NCBI RefSeq assembly: GCF_018350175.1
Contig: NC_058368.1
Span: 59,460,001 to 59,524,000 of the forward strand
Direction: 5' to 3'
Source of the DNA: Felis catus
Taxonomy: Eukaryota
Length of the DNA stretch: 64,000 nt
Position numbers and translations under genes: made by a program
The notes under the pieces: generated by a model
What the model saw: the letters and a program-made list of their open reading frames with translations, nothing else
The model's database searches: none
What the model was told of the DNA's origin: nothing
Shown here: piece after piece, positions 27,500-39,760 of the stretch
Position numbering within the stretch: position 1 is the stretch's first letter
Layout: each line of letters starts with the position of its first letter

Positions 27500-28240
27500 T
27501 TAAACAAGATCCAACTATATTGTCTACAAGAGACTTGCTTTCAATTTAGGACACACATAAGCTGAAAGTGAAGAGATGGAAAAATGATGTTTCATGCACT
27601 TGGAAAGCAAAAGAGAATAAGATCAGCTATAATTATATCAGACAAAAAGATATTTCGTCCAAAACTATAACAAGAAACAATTTTATAATAGGGTCAATAT
27701 CTCAAGAGAATATATTAAATGCAAATATACTGGTGAACAATATTGGAACATCTAAATATGTTAATCAAATATTAACAAACATGAAGGCAGAAATAGGCAG
27801 TGACGCAATAACACTTTAATACTCCACTGTCAATAATGGATAGATCACCTAGACAGAAAATCAGTAACCAGATTGGATTTGAATTACACATTAGGCCAAA
27901 TGGATTTAAGAGATATGTACCAAGTATTCCATTCAACAGCAGCAGAATATACATTCTTCTTAAGTGTACACAGAACGTTATCCACGATAGATCAAATGTT
28001 AGGTCTCAAAATTAGTATTAACACATTTAAGAAGATTGAAATTATCTCAAGTTGATTAAAATCATATGTAACCATAGTAGTATAAAATGGAAAACTGTAA
28101 CAGGAGGAAAGCTTGAAAATTCACAAATATGTGGAAATTAAACAGCATACTCCTGAATAATCAATGGGTCAAAGAAATAAAAATGGAAACCAAAACATAT
28201 TTGGGGCAAATAAAATAGAAACAAAAATAATCAAAATTTT
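27500..28240 (+). mobile_element. old L1 ORF2 endonuclease-domain fragment
   Basis: translation MDLRDMYQVFHSTAAEYTFFLSVHRTLSTIDQMLG matches the L1 EN domain. Confidence 0.88.
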
Positions 28241-28269
28241 TACAGAGAAAAATAATTTTTTCAACATTT

Positions 28270-29030
28270 TACAACCACTTTGGAAAACAAATAATCTTAA
28301 ACATAATTTTATACTTAACATGTTACCATATACTTAACAATACAAAAATATAATCATTTACTTATCACACAACCCAGTAATCCCATTCCAACATATTTAT
28401 CCAAGTGAAATTTAAAACATACTGAAATTCTAAATGAAAGTTTATTAAAACTTTGTTCATTATCATTATAAATTGAAAAGTAACCAAATGCCCACTTATA
28501 TGATGATATTGTGCTACATATGTACAAAAAATACTACTCCATAAAAGAAGGAACAAACTAGGCATGTATGGAAAATCATGAATTCCTGAAGTGCTCAGAT
28601 GAAAGGCATAGTGGCTCAGTGATATATCTATCATTGTGCTACTACTGGATACCGTGGAACTTATCTGAAGCTATTAATAATTTTATTAAAATCTATATAC
28701 TTTTCTTTCAAAAGAATAAAAGAAAAAAAACAACGCAAGGATGCATCTTGAAGCATTATGTTACAAAAAAGAGCCCTGACACAAAAGACTATATATACTG
28801 TATTTTCTATTTATTTAATTTTTGAAAAAGGAAAGTTATAACTAAAATTTGCATCATACCTGGCTTGTTTGGGGAATGAAGGAAAAATTTGGGATAATGG
28901 AATGATTATATTTTTATTATTTTGTTGGTAACAAGATTGTATATGTTGCTACAACTTGTAGAACTCTACATGTAACAAGGTTGAATTTTAATGAATGTAG
29001 TTAAATCATGCCTCATTATGTTTATTTAGA
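28270..29030 (+). mobile_element. old L1 3' end (L1MC/L1ME-like) with an internal insertion
   Basis: caaccactttggaaaac, aacccagtaatcccattcc, aaagaaggaacaaacta, agcattatgtt...gacacaaaagactatatatactgtatt. Confidence 0.7.
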
Positions 29031-31057
29031 TAAAGTTATAATATAGAGCTCCTTTAATTTTACATCAATATTTATCCAATTTTAAATATCTAACCACACA
29101 CTGAGGTCCTAGATAGAAGTGATTTTTCTGACACAAGTGATAAAAGCTCCATTAAAAGTTCACTTTATGATTGACAGCAGACTGTGTGTAGTTGAACATG
29201 GCTTACTGGAGTAAAACAGTTGCAAGCTACCATGCAAGCAAGGTAGACAAAAGGAACATTCTCCAGCCACACTGAAACTAATAATGCCATGTCCTCGCAG
29301 GAAGATAGATAGACTTGCAATGGTTTCATTTTCCATATGGTGGTGAAACTTTAATTTGTTGTTGCTAAGATCTTTGTTCCCATCATCTAAAATATGGAAA
29401 ACATGCACTTACATTTACTAATTTTAGATACTCAGAATGATCATTTTGATGATAACATATATCATAAAATTTGTATGAGTAAAATAGCCACTAAGAATAA
29501 AAGATATCCTATTACAATCAAATGTTATGATTTCTTACGTATAAGAATTGTGAAGAATTTCTAAGCAATGGCATCAATTTGGAGACTTATAAGAAGAAAC
29601 CTATGTGACTTTGAAGCTTGGGTTTTAAATTGCAAGTAAATTATACTGTGGTGAATGTAATAGAAAGGAAATGATATACTTACTTATATGTAAGATAATT
29701 AAAATGTTTTCAAGCCTTCTGCTCTGCCATTTAGATTTGTTCAAAAGTAATCATTATTATTATTGCATAAAGATGATGCAATTAAGTGATACAATTTAAG
29801 CAGTGTAATTTTAAAATTATATTTATCCACAAGAGTTTTAAAATATTCACCATTCCTTTATGAATTTTTCCCAACTCAATATTACAGACTGTGTTAATCT
29901 ATAATATCAAATAATTTCATTATTGGCTGTGATTCAGAATATCTATATGGCTTTCTCCCAAAAAAGCACTCAGTGATTTTTTTTTTGCCTTACACACTGA
30001 ATTCTGATACATTTATAAAAAGCATTGAAAGTTTGTCCTGAGAATTAGAAAGAGACTGTCTATGTTAATTATGCCCTTGAATGACTAATGCATAATATCA
30101 AGTGGATACAGAAAAAGAGGGGGAGCAATAAATAAAGGAGTATTGTGAGTAAAAAGGGACTTCATTAAACTACTAGATGTAATTTGCCACTTATCATAAA
30201 ATTGCCCAATGAACACTTCCAAAATTAATAGTGAGCAGAAATGTTATTGAAAGGTCTAAGTGTTCTTTACAATGACTAGATAATAATAGGATGAAAATTA
30301 CCCAAAAGACATATAACCATAAAACATAAAAGAGTGATTTAATTTGGATTTTTATAAAATACAACTATGTGGATGATATTAGTTATCATTGAAACTATTT
30401 TGAAAAATATTTTGTATGTGAGTTAGAATTATGATATATATGATGGTTTATAATTTCTGGGAAAATAAGAATGTATAAAAACAGATTTAGTCAACTGACA
30501 AATATGTTAACATGAAAAATCATCTTAATACTTATTAACCAAATGTTCTGTTGAGGACTGTGGACAATTTGCCTAGCAATCCTCCTTACAAGATTTGCCT
30601 AAAAATCTTCCTTACTGTATAATAGTTAATGAGTATGAATTTATCTTTTAATATCGATTAGTAGTTCAAACTTTTTTGACAGTTTATCCTTGTAAATCAT
30701 TGGTGTAAATTTAGGAAGAAAATGGTATATTAAAATCACCTAGAGGCATTTATGTATGCATGTATGTATGCTCATGGATGTATTTATGCTAACTTAGGAT
30801 TGGTTGGTATACATTCTTCTAAAATGTAGGCAATAGATCACTATTAAGAGTGTTGTAAAGAAATATCTGCCCAAAACTGATTAAAAATCTTATAAAGGTT
30901 TAAAATTTGATTTTATACATTTCTTTTATTCCAGTACTTTCATTTTAGTGCAAATAAGTATTTTACTTCAATTTAGTACCACATTTTCAATGAAAAAAAT
31001 TACTAGCATTACTACTAACCACATGACTGATTTTTTTTTTTCAATTTCTATGACCAG

Positions 31058-31111
31058 GTTGCAGAACATCGATTAACCAGAAATACATTACCAGATCAAA
31101 GTGATTTAATG
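31058..31111 (+). CDS. candidate 54-nt internal exon, phase 0, VAEHRLTRNTLPDQSDLM; gene not identified
   Basis: branch-like ctaac/ctgat, T tract and ccag acceptor before 31058; donor ATG|gtaggt after 31111; only frame 0 is open; lies in repeat-free DNA. Confidence 0.4.
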
Positions 31112-31719
31112 GTAGGTGATTGCATTTTTTACTTTAAATACCTTGGCAAATGATTTGAAGGGTACACTCAGAGCATATTGAAAGAAATTAGGATTTCAGT
31201 ATTTCACAGTGATATATGAAGACTTTTTTTTTGTCTTTCAAGAGAACTCTGTTGTTTTTTAAAAATACATGTCATGCTAAGTTAGAATACTGTATATGTA
31301 CTGTTAGCTTGCAAAAAAAAAAAAAAGAAAAAAAAAGACCTATCTCTAAATGGCATTGATTTTCTAGATATTTTATTAAAGATAGAGAGTATAGGATAAT
31401 TTAAAAACTTGATATTCTAGCAAAATTGAAATGTCAAAATTAGGTTGTATCAACATGGAGCTATTTAAAAAAATTGGAAATTATCTTGACAAGCAAGAGA
31501 TATCAGAATCTTGACAAATAATCCATGTGACTTATGTATTTTAAAATGTAATATAATTAAATTTACTACATTATTTTACATATATGAGCAAATGTAGGTT
31601 ATATTCTGGGACTACACACAGGATTTGCAGATGAGGCTTTAAAACCCAAGCCCCTCAAAAGTAGTCCTAAAATGAGCATTACAAATATAGAATCAATATA
31701 TTGTTTCCTTCACGTGAGC

Positions 31720-32560
31720 ATTAAAAAAAGTTTATTGAGGTTCTACTTAACATATTCCAGACATCTTCTTAGTAACTGGACATATGACCATATACAAAAA
31801 AGAATATCTTTTCTCTTATGTAGCCTACAATTGCAGAAAGATCCAAATGGTATTCAAATTTTTATTCAATATAGCATTCATTATTAATAAATTATATGCA
31901 TATATATATATACAATATACATGCACACCATACAGTATATAAAATTACAGAGAAATATATAACATACATAATATTTAATATATAAGGTAAATATATCTAA
32001 TATACATATTATCATAGATGATTAGGTAGAATTGAAATCCATCTTTAGCCAAATAAATATCTGTGGAGAGTAGAGACATCAAATCCAAACAGTCTGAGAT
32101 GAGATGCTGCATGGAATTCTTGAAGAACAGAAAGGAGGTAATACAGTAAAGCCATTGGAAATTTCTGAGCAAGGCGCTGAATGACTTTATTTGACTTAGA
32201 ATTTTAAGTGCCAGTTTGCTGCTATATATGGAACAGTCTGTATGAGGCTGGGCAGGTTGGAGGCAAGGTGATCACTTCTGAGGCTACGCAGTAGTCCAAA
32301 AGTAGAATTAGAAACATAATAATGGGAATGGTGAGCAATAATGAGAATGAAATATATACTTTAGGTAGTTTTAAAATGTTTGTCGTAGATTGTGTTAAGT
32401 GTATGGGAAAAAAAGGAGTCAGGAATTCATTTATTTAGCTTGAATAAAACCAAAGTAAATTATGGTATCAGTTCTTGAGATTGGGTGAGAAATAGAGATG
32501 TAGCATATCATAGGTATTCAGAGGTACAGTTTTAGACATTTTTATTTTGTACTGTTTATT
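31720..32560 (-). mobile_element. L2 remnant
   Basis: tttattgaggttctacttaacatattccagacat and gccattggaaatttctgagcaagg...ggaggcaaggtgatcac resemble antisense L2. Confidence 0.5.
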
Positions 32561-34453
32561 TGCAAGGGTAATCAACAAATTGTCAAGAAAGCACAAATCC
32601 CTGGAAACCTGTACCAAAAGACCTGTCAGTACCACAATTCTTTGTTTATTCAAATTTTCATAGTGATGACTCAGGACCTTGAGAAAAAAAATACAAGTTT
32701 TACACAAAGTATTTTATTTGGTATGATTGTCTTCTTCATTTCACAGACTCCTTTTAATTGAATGCTTTTCTCAGGTGTATTTTCCTTTGAAAATATTTGT
32801 GTGAAGTAGGCCATGTAAGTACCAGAACTTCCAACTCAGAAATAGGAAGCAAAAATAATTTTGTATGTAACTCAGACAGGCTACTTTGAAAATCAAAATG
32901 ATCAAATGTGTATTTTAGTCTGTTTTTTTTTGCTATGCTAATTTAATTTATTATCATCATATTATAGTTCAATAGCATAATTAAAACATCAAATGTGGAA
33001 CCCATAGTCCAAAGAATATTCAATATTTTATGTAGAAAACAATGCCAGATCCCCAGCGTCCGTATCTACTTCTCTTCTAAGGTATCCGTGGGCTCTGCTC
33101 AGGAGTCAGCCTACGTCAAGAATCATGACTGATCTCATCCATTTAAATTTATGCTAGTATCTCTTGTAACTGGAGAGGAAGTGGTATGGGATTGGGGTAT
33201 GGGGATTGTTAACAGAACACAATAAAACTTAAGGAGAGTAATTATCAAGGTGGCAGCTTCCTGCTCTTTGCTAGGTTTAGATTCCTTGGAGAAGTTTCTT
33301 TGGCTCCGTCAGTTCATAATTTATCCTGGGGGATATATGGCCTCTGGAATGGAGGCAGAGAACATGGTATATAACTCTAATTTTTGGACTTTTGAGATAG
33401 CACCCAATTTTTTATCTTTATTCCATAGTTGTGCTTCGTGCCATTCATCAAATACAAATCTTGGGTGATTCTTGGGTTTGAGGGTAAAAATCATCAAGCT
33501 CTTGGTTGTCATTACCTTTGGGTAGGTACTTGATATTTTATGTCTTTTGTTGGCTAGTTCTTTATCTTTATGAAATTAGTTACATACCTTGGCTGTAGTT
33601 AACTTTCTTTCAGTTTTATTTTCCACATATAATTTTAAAACCATGTTTTATATACTTGGCATTTTGATGTGATTTTAGGAGGAAGAAAATATTTTAAAAA
33701 TCCTTAGTTTCAAACTGAATCTTTAATCAGTGCTTATTAAATGCTATTAAGTGCCTATTAAATGCTATTTATGAAGTATTTAGTGGGTTGGCAAAAAGCT
33801 AACATAAAACACTCTCTAAGTGGAAAGCTCTTTCTTAGAGATTCTCGAAATAGTAATGTTCAGATTATCTTAATGGTGTAATTTAATCATGTATTATAGG
33901 TAAGAAACCATGGAAGATCATGTAATAAATCATTAATAGGATTGTATCTGTTTTACTGATTTCAGTTTGGTCCTTACCACTAACAGTCACCAGATATAGG
34001 ACTAATACTTCACATGCTGATAAAGTTGAATAGTTTTCCTACAGATTAAGGAGGAAAAGCCACTTGGTTATCTTAAAAAGGTTAAAAAATATATAATGGG
34101 ATAGGTTTATATGGAATATGACTTGGAAGTACCTTGAACACTTTCACAGAAATCCTTGTCTTAGTGATTTTAGTCTTTGTGTCTCTGCTGACATACCCTG
34201 TGTTTTCAGTGATTTTTTCTTTAATTTTTCAGAATATTTACAATATCTGCCTTAAACTGATTGCCAACTGAATGTAACATAACATATAGGCTATCTTGGG
34301 TTTGGTTTCTATAAACTGTACCTGCATGGATTATATGTCACATTTCCTGTTTCTTCACAATTGTAACATTTTTAATTGTTTACTCATTACTCTATGAAAA
34401 GATTTAGACCTTTTGAATTCTATGATATTTTTGTGAATTGGTTTGATCTTTTT

Positions 34454-35344
34454 TCCAGATTGATTGAGGTATATAGACAAATAAATTGGTAATATATTTA
34501 AAGTATACAATGTGATGATTTGATACAGTGTATACAGTGTTAAAGGATTCCCACAATCAAGTTAATTAACACATCCATCACTTCATGTGGTTATCTTTTT
34601 TAAAATTTTTCAAATTTTTGTAAGAACACTTAAAGATATACTCTCTTGGCAAATTCCAGTTATTTACTGCAGTATTATCATAGTTATCATGCTATACTTT
34701 AGTTCCTCAGGATTTATTCATCTTACAACTGAAAGTTTCTACCTTTCTATCAACTTCTTTCCTCCACACCTCTGCCCCTCAGCCCCTGGCAACCACAAGA
34801 TCCCAAGTACCATTATATACTCTATTTCTATGAATTCAACTTCCTTCTTCTTCTTTTTTTTAAGATTACACATTTAAGTGATACCATGCAGTATTTCTCT
34901 TTCTCTCTCTCTCTGATTTATTTCACTTAACATGATGTCCTCTAGTTTCATCTGTGTTGTCACAACTGGCAGAATTTCCTTTTTTTTAAGGCTGATTATT
35001 CTATTGTATATATACAATGGAATTATTTATTTCTGTAAATAATTCACTTTTATTTCTGAAAACCATGTTAAATAATTGAAAATACTTCATTTTTTTCACA
35101 GTTCATTTCTCTTTTATAAGAGGTATCTTATTTCAGGCACAGCACATTTTCTTTATCCATGCATCTATTGATGGACACTAACATTATGGAAAACAGTATG
35201 GAGGATCCTGTTAAAAATAGAACTACTGTATGATCCAGCAACCTCACTTCCAGATCTACATCCAAGGGAAGTAAAATCACCATCTTAAAGAGATATTTGT
35301 ATTTCTATGTTCATTGCAACATTATTCACAATGGCCAAGATGTA
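34454..35344 (-). mobile_element. L1MA-like 3' end with 5' inversion (about 35181-35343 is on the plus strand)
   Basis: antisense 3'UTR up to atggacacta, then sense acattatggaaaacagtatggagg...cacaatggccaaga; TSD gtttgat(c/g)ttttt at 34441-34453 and 35345-35357. Confidence 0.85.
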
Positions 35345-35399
35345 GTTTGATGTTTTTGTCATAGATTTCAATTTAGTTACTGGCTATTCATTCTGAGCT

Positions 35400-36080
35400 T
35401 GTGTAGTCTTGAATGTATGATGCTATAAACATATGGAAAGCCTAATATTTCTCCAAGCAATTACAAGTTGGCAGGGCCCTACATCTAAACTGTTTCCTTT
35501 AAAATTCTTTTCAAGGCATAATTCCAGATTTTGTTAGGGCGAGACTACTGTGTAACTTAACTCTGTCGTGTTCCTTATCCAAAGTTAAGGCCTTTCTGTG
35601 TCTAAACTTAAGACCTTGAGCTTTGAAGTTGTAAAAATGTAGACTCTGAAGTCTCCTGGGGCTGGATCTCCAACTTCCCCCAGAATTGCTCAACAACTAG
35701 TTTCCCTCTTCTGTCAACTCACCTGGTCTCTGACAAGTTTCAGGACGCTCTGCTGGGCCTAAGCAGTCAATCCCTCATTTGGAAAACACAGAGGGAACCC
35801 GTGAGCATAATTTATTTTTTGAATGTCAAAGTTCCACATATATCAGTTGTTTTACCTCTCCTGAAAACTTTCCTCTGCTCCCTCAGCTCACTGAGAACAC
35901 CACACTGTGCTGGGACTCCAGCTTGCTGTACGCCACAGTTGGGGAAAGTCCCCCAGTCAGGGTAGTAAATCCAATATGGGGCTCACCTTGCAGGTGTCCT
36001 TGTTCTTAGGTATCGAACACTTAAACACATTTCCTTATAGATTTTTCCAAGTTTTGCATAGATTTACAACATGAGTGCTC
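35400..36080 (-). mobile_element. probable ancient L1 5' region
   Basis: motifs such as ctgtgctgggactccagc...ggggctcaccttgc are typical of old L1M 5'UTRs; continues the decayed L1 at about 34130-34440. Confidence 0.4.
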
Positions 36081-37491
36081 TTTCTGTACAAGGTGTATAA
36101 GTTGGAACAGATTTTCTCTTGGGAAAAAATCGAGAAGTGGTGTGTAAAATATCATAGGTTTTTATTTCCATAAATAATTCACTTTTATTTCTGGAATATC
36201 ATGTTAAACAATTGAAAATACTTCATTTTTTTTTCACCATGCATTTTTCTTTTATAAGAAGCATCTTACTTCAGGCACAGTTTTGTTTCTTGTATGCTGA
36301 TTTACGTAGGTACCAAAAGAAGTCTGGGTTGTTTATCATGGATCTATAAGTTGTCCACACCTAACCTCTGATATTTGCTTCCAAATCTTCATAAGAATTT
36401 GGGAAATTCTTCTCAAGTCCTTTGACTCTTGACTGCCATTTTAGATAAGGGCACATCACCATAAACCAATTAGAAACTGAGCTGATTCAAAACTGAAATT
36501 CACTTTTTGTAAAGGTTAGTGTACTTCTGTTTCACCTTGTACCTCAGATGTATCCTGTCACAGATTCCAAGCACAAATCTTACTAATTTCCTTCTAACTT
36601 ACCATTTTACTTTATTCTAACTTTTGTAACACTATGAACATGCCTCCTTAGGATTTCTGCTTTTTTCCTGGAGGTATTCAAAATCAGCAAGTGGCTTAAG
36701 GGTAAATGTAGCACAGATTGTCAGATTCAGGCCTTAAACCAAGATATTGACCCTTTGGTTATATCTTACTCAAAAAGACAAAAAAAAAAAAAAAAAAAAA
36801 AAAACAACTCTACCGTGAACCGGAGTTTATAGACCATTCTTTTTAATGCAAAACAAACTATCAGCTTTAAATATAGAAAGAATTTGTGTTTTCCATCACA
36901 ACCCTAATAGAAAATATATTATCATGTATTAACAGAGACAATGTCAACCAGTATTACTTTTAAGTCAGTTCATAAACCTTTTTAGAATGCACAGAAATAC
37001 TTTGTGATTCATTAAAAACATGTGAATTTCCAGAACAGTGAACTAATATATCATTAAGGTGAACTAATATATCGTCATATCACATCTGTATAAACTATTT
37101 TGATTATGTATACTTATTTGGAAATATCATGGATAAAGTCACAATAGTTATTTCCTTTATGTAACATAGATTTTTTTAAGAGGAAAATTTAGAGATACTT
37201 AGATTAGGACATGGAAGGGTGCAGTCGCCATCATAGTAATTAGTTATATCTTTTTTGGTCCTTTTGTTCTTGCTTTTTAGCTTTAGGGAAAAAAAATTAA
37301 AAATCTGCTTTCAAAGCCTGACACAGAACAAAGCGGGGAAAATAGCTAATTTGAGTGGTTAGGTCTTTTAGTAATTGCTTGGACTTAAGACCTTTGAAAC
37401 AGTGAAGAGCTAACAAATGGATGCCAGAAAATAAAATATTCATTTCAAAAAGACAAGAAGTTTTCAACTCTGGAAGACATTGAATATTGTA

Positions 37492-37608
37492 GGGCACCTG
37501 GCTGGCTCAGTTGGTAGAGCAAGTTAATCTGAGGTTATGAGTTCAAGCCCCATGTTGGATGTAGACATTACTTTAAAACAAAACCTTCAAAAAAGCAATA
37601 AAAATAAG
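37492..37608 (+). mobile_element. short old Can-SINE (SINEC_old-like)
   Basis: gggcacctggctggctcagttggtagagc...gagttcaagccccatgttgg plus A-rich tail. Confidence 0.85.
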
Positions 37609-39760
37609 TAATAGTATACCAGGGTGTAGTTATTTGCCTGGATTCTAAGAAAACTACATACCAATATTTTTGTTATAAATTCTAGACCACTATGATTAGG
37701 AAAGGAGATTTTGTGTAACAAATATCAGTTGTGTGGCAAGATAATGCAAAAAGTTTCCTAGAATATAGGTACTGCTAAATTTCCTAAGATAATGTTTCTC
37801 TGAAAGATTATGTTTCTCTAAGTATGTCTTTAGTTTGCATTAAGTCTGCATGGTAGTTTCTTTTCTGTGGGCATTATGTGTTTGCCTAACTGCAGCAATT
37901 GTTTACAGTGTATGAGAAGCCATGCTCCTCGCATTCATAAAAGCCAGGTAGCCATTTTCTCTATCTCATTATGATAGAAAGAATATAAGAAAGCAGAGAA
38001 CAGGCTCGGCTGTCTTAGCTCCATACAGATAGTACTGTTAATGTCTTATATTAATTATTAATTACATAAGATTGAATAATTCAGATCTTGAGAAGTAAAA
38101 CCGAAGTTGGATTCTGCTGAGACTGTTTTCGGGCTTTTTGGCAAGACAAGCCTGAGTCTTGGTGGCAGGGGAGTGCTCCCGATTATTAATCATCCTGGTA
38201 GAGGGATGAGTCCATGAGTGGAAAGAAAAGCAAACACAAATATATTTTATTAGGAATGATAAGGAAATTGTTTTATTATACATTAAGTCATTCAAATAGC
38301 TCTTGTAAAAATTTACAGAACAATCTATGAGCCAAAAATGTAAGGAGTTAGATCTAATATGTGCATGAAGCTAAATAGCCCAATTATTTATTATTTAGAG
38401 TATTTCTGGGACTAGTTACAGATTGAAACTTTAAGGTTTAATGGAGTACCAAAGAAGAAAAAATAATACCTACTTTATCCCCAAGGTTGGAACAAAAAGC
38501 AAGGTATGGCACTATATTCAGAATGTTGCAGGCAAAATGATGTAACCTCATTACTACTAACTCCGATTACAGATGTAATTTTAGGTGTATTGTTAATGGG
38601 ATCAATACTACAGAGCTTTTGATTTGAATGGGCTTATTTACTTAGCCACTTGCACAGCTACTTTACTCTGAGGTCAGAGAGTCAGAATGCAGCCCTATGA
38701 TGAGAAACAAATAAAAAAGAAAGCAAACCTCAGAGGGGTTTCACTTTGGCTTCTCACATAATTGTGGCAGCAGGAAGAGCAAATTGGTCTGATAATCCCC
38801 ACATATACCCCAAAAGGAAAGTTCTAAGATTCTTTCCATAGCAAAAAACATGTGAACAAGGGAACAACAACTAGGTATCTCCTGCCAAAGAAAGTGTTTT
38901 GTAGGTGAGGTGTTTAGGCAAAAGGTAAATGATTACTCATTTCAGATCAATGGTGGTTATTGGGAGTATGCTCATAGCTGAATTTTAGAAAGGTAACACC
39001 GTATTTAGCTATGGGGTTTATTTCTTGTTTATTAACTGTTAGGAAGGAAGTTGGCCGAGCAACTTATATTTCAGTTTCAAGTGAATAAAGTATTGGAGAA
39101 AAGAAGTATGAGTACAGTGGTGGATGTTTCCAGGCTTCCTGTTACTGTTCATCAATACCTAAAAACCTGGTGGTGGGAATGGGATGAATGATGATCATTG
39201 ACCAAAGCGCACTTATCAAATTAAGATGTAGATGCCACACTCTTCCAAGATTCTGGCAAGACCATGACAGACTTTTAAAATTAATCCTGTCACAGATAAC
39301 TTCCTTTTTAGTTCAACTGTCAAGAAAAGGTATAACTTTCCAAATCATCTTCTATTAGCTGGACTTGATACCATGTTTTTATTGTTTTCCTCTGGATTTT
39401 AAGGTCTGAAAAGAGTAAAGGTCTACATATCATCAAACTCTCCTTCTATCACTTCTTTCTTTTTTCCTAGGTGAAATCTGGATTTCTGAAAAGGCCATAT
39501 TTCTTTCTCTCTCTCTCTTTTTTTTAATTTTATTTTTTATTTTTTAAAATGTACATCCAAATTAGTTAGCATATAGTGAAACAATGATTTCGGCAGTAGA
39601 TTCCTTAATGCCCCTTGCCCATTTAGCCCATCCTCCCTCCCGCAACCCCTCCAGCAACACTCAGTTTGTTCTCCATATTTATGAGTCTCTTCTGTTTTGT
39701 CCCCCTCCTTGTTTTTATATTATTTTTGTATCCCTTCACTTATGTTCATCTGTTTTGTCC

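Noticed and set aside
37492..37560. tRNA-like A and B boxes
   Set aside because: Head of an old Can-SINE with an A tail and no intact cloverleaf, so not a tRNA gene.
39440..39504. strong-looking acceptor ttctttcttttttcctag at 39470
   Set aside because: Runs into the SINE/L1 nest; no convincing donor or recognisable peptide even after removing the insertions.
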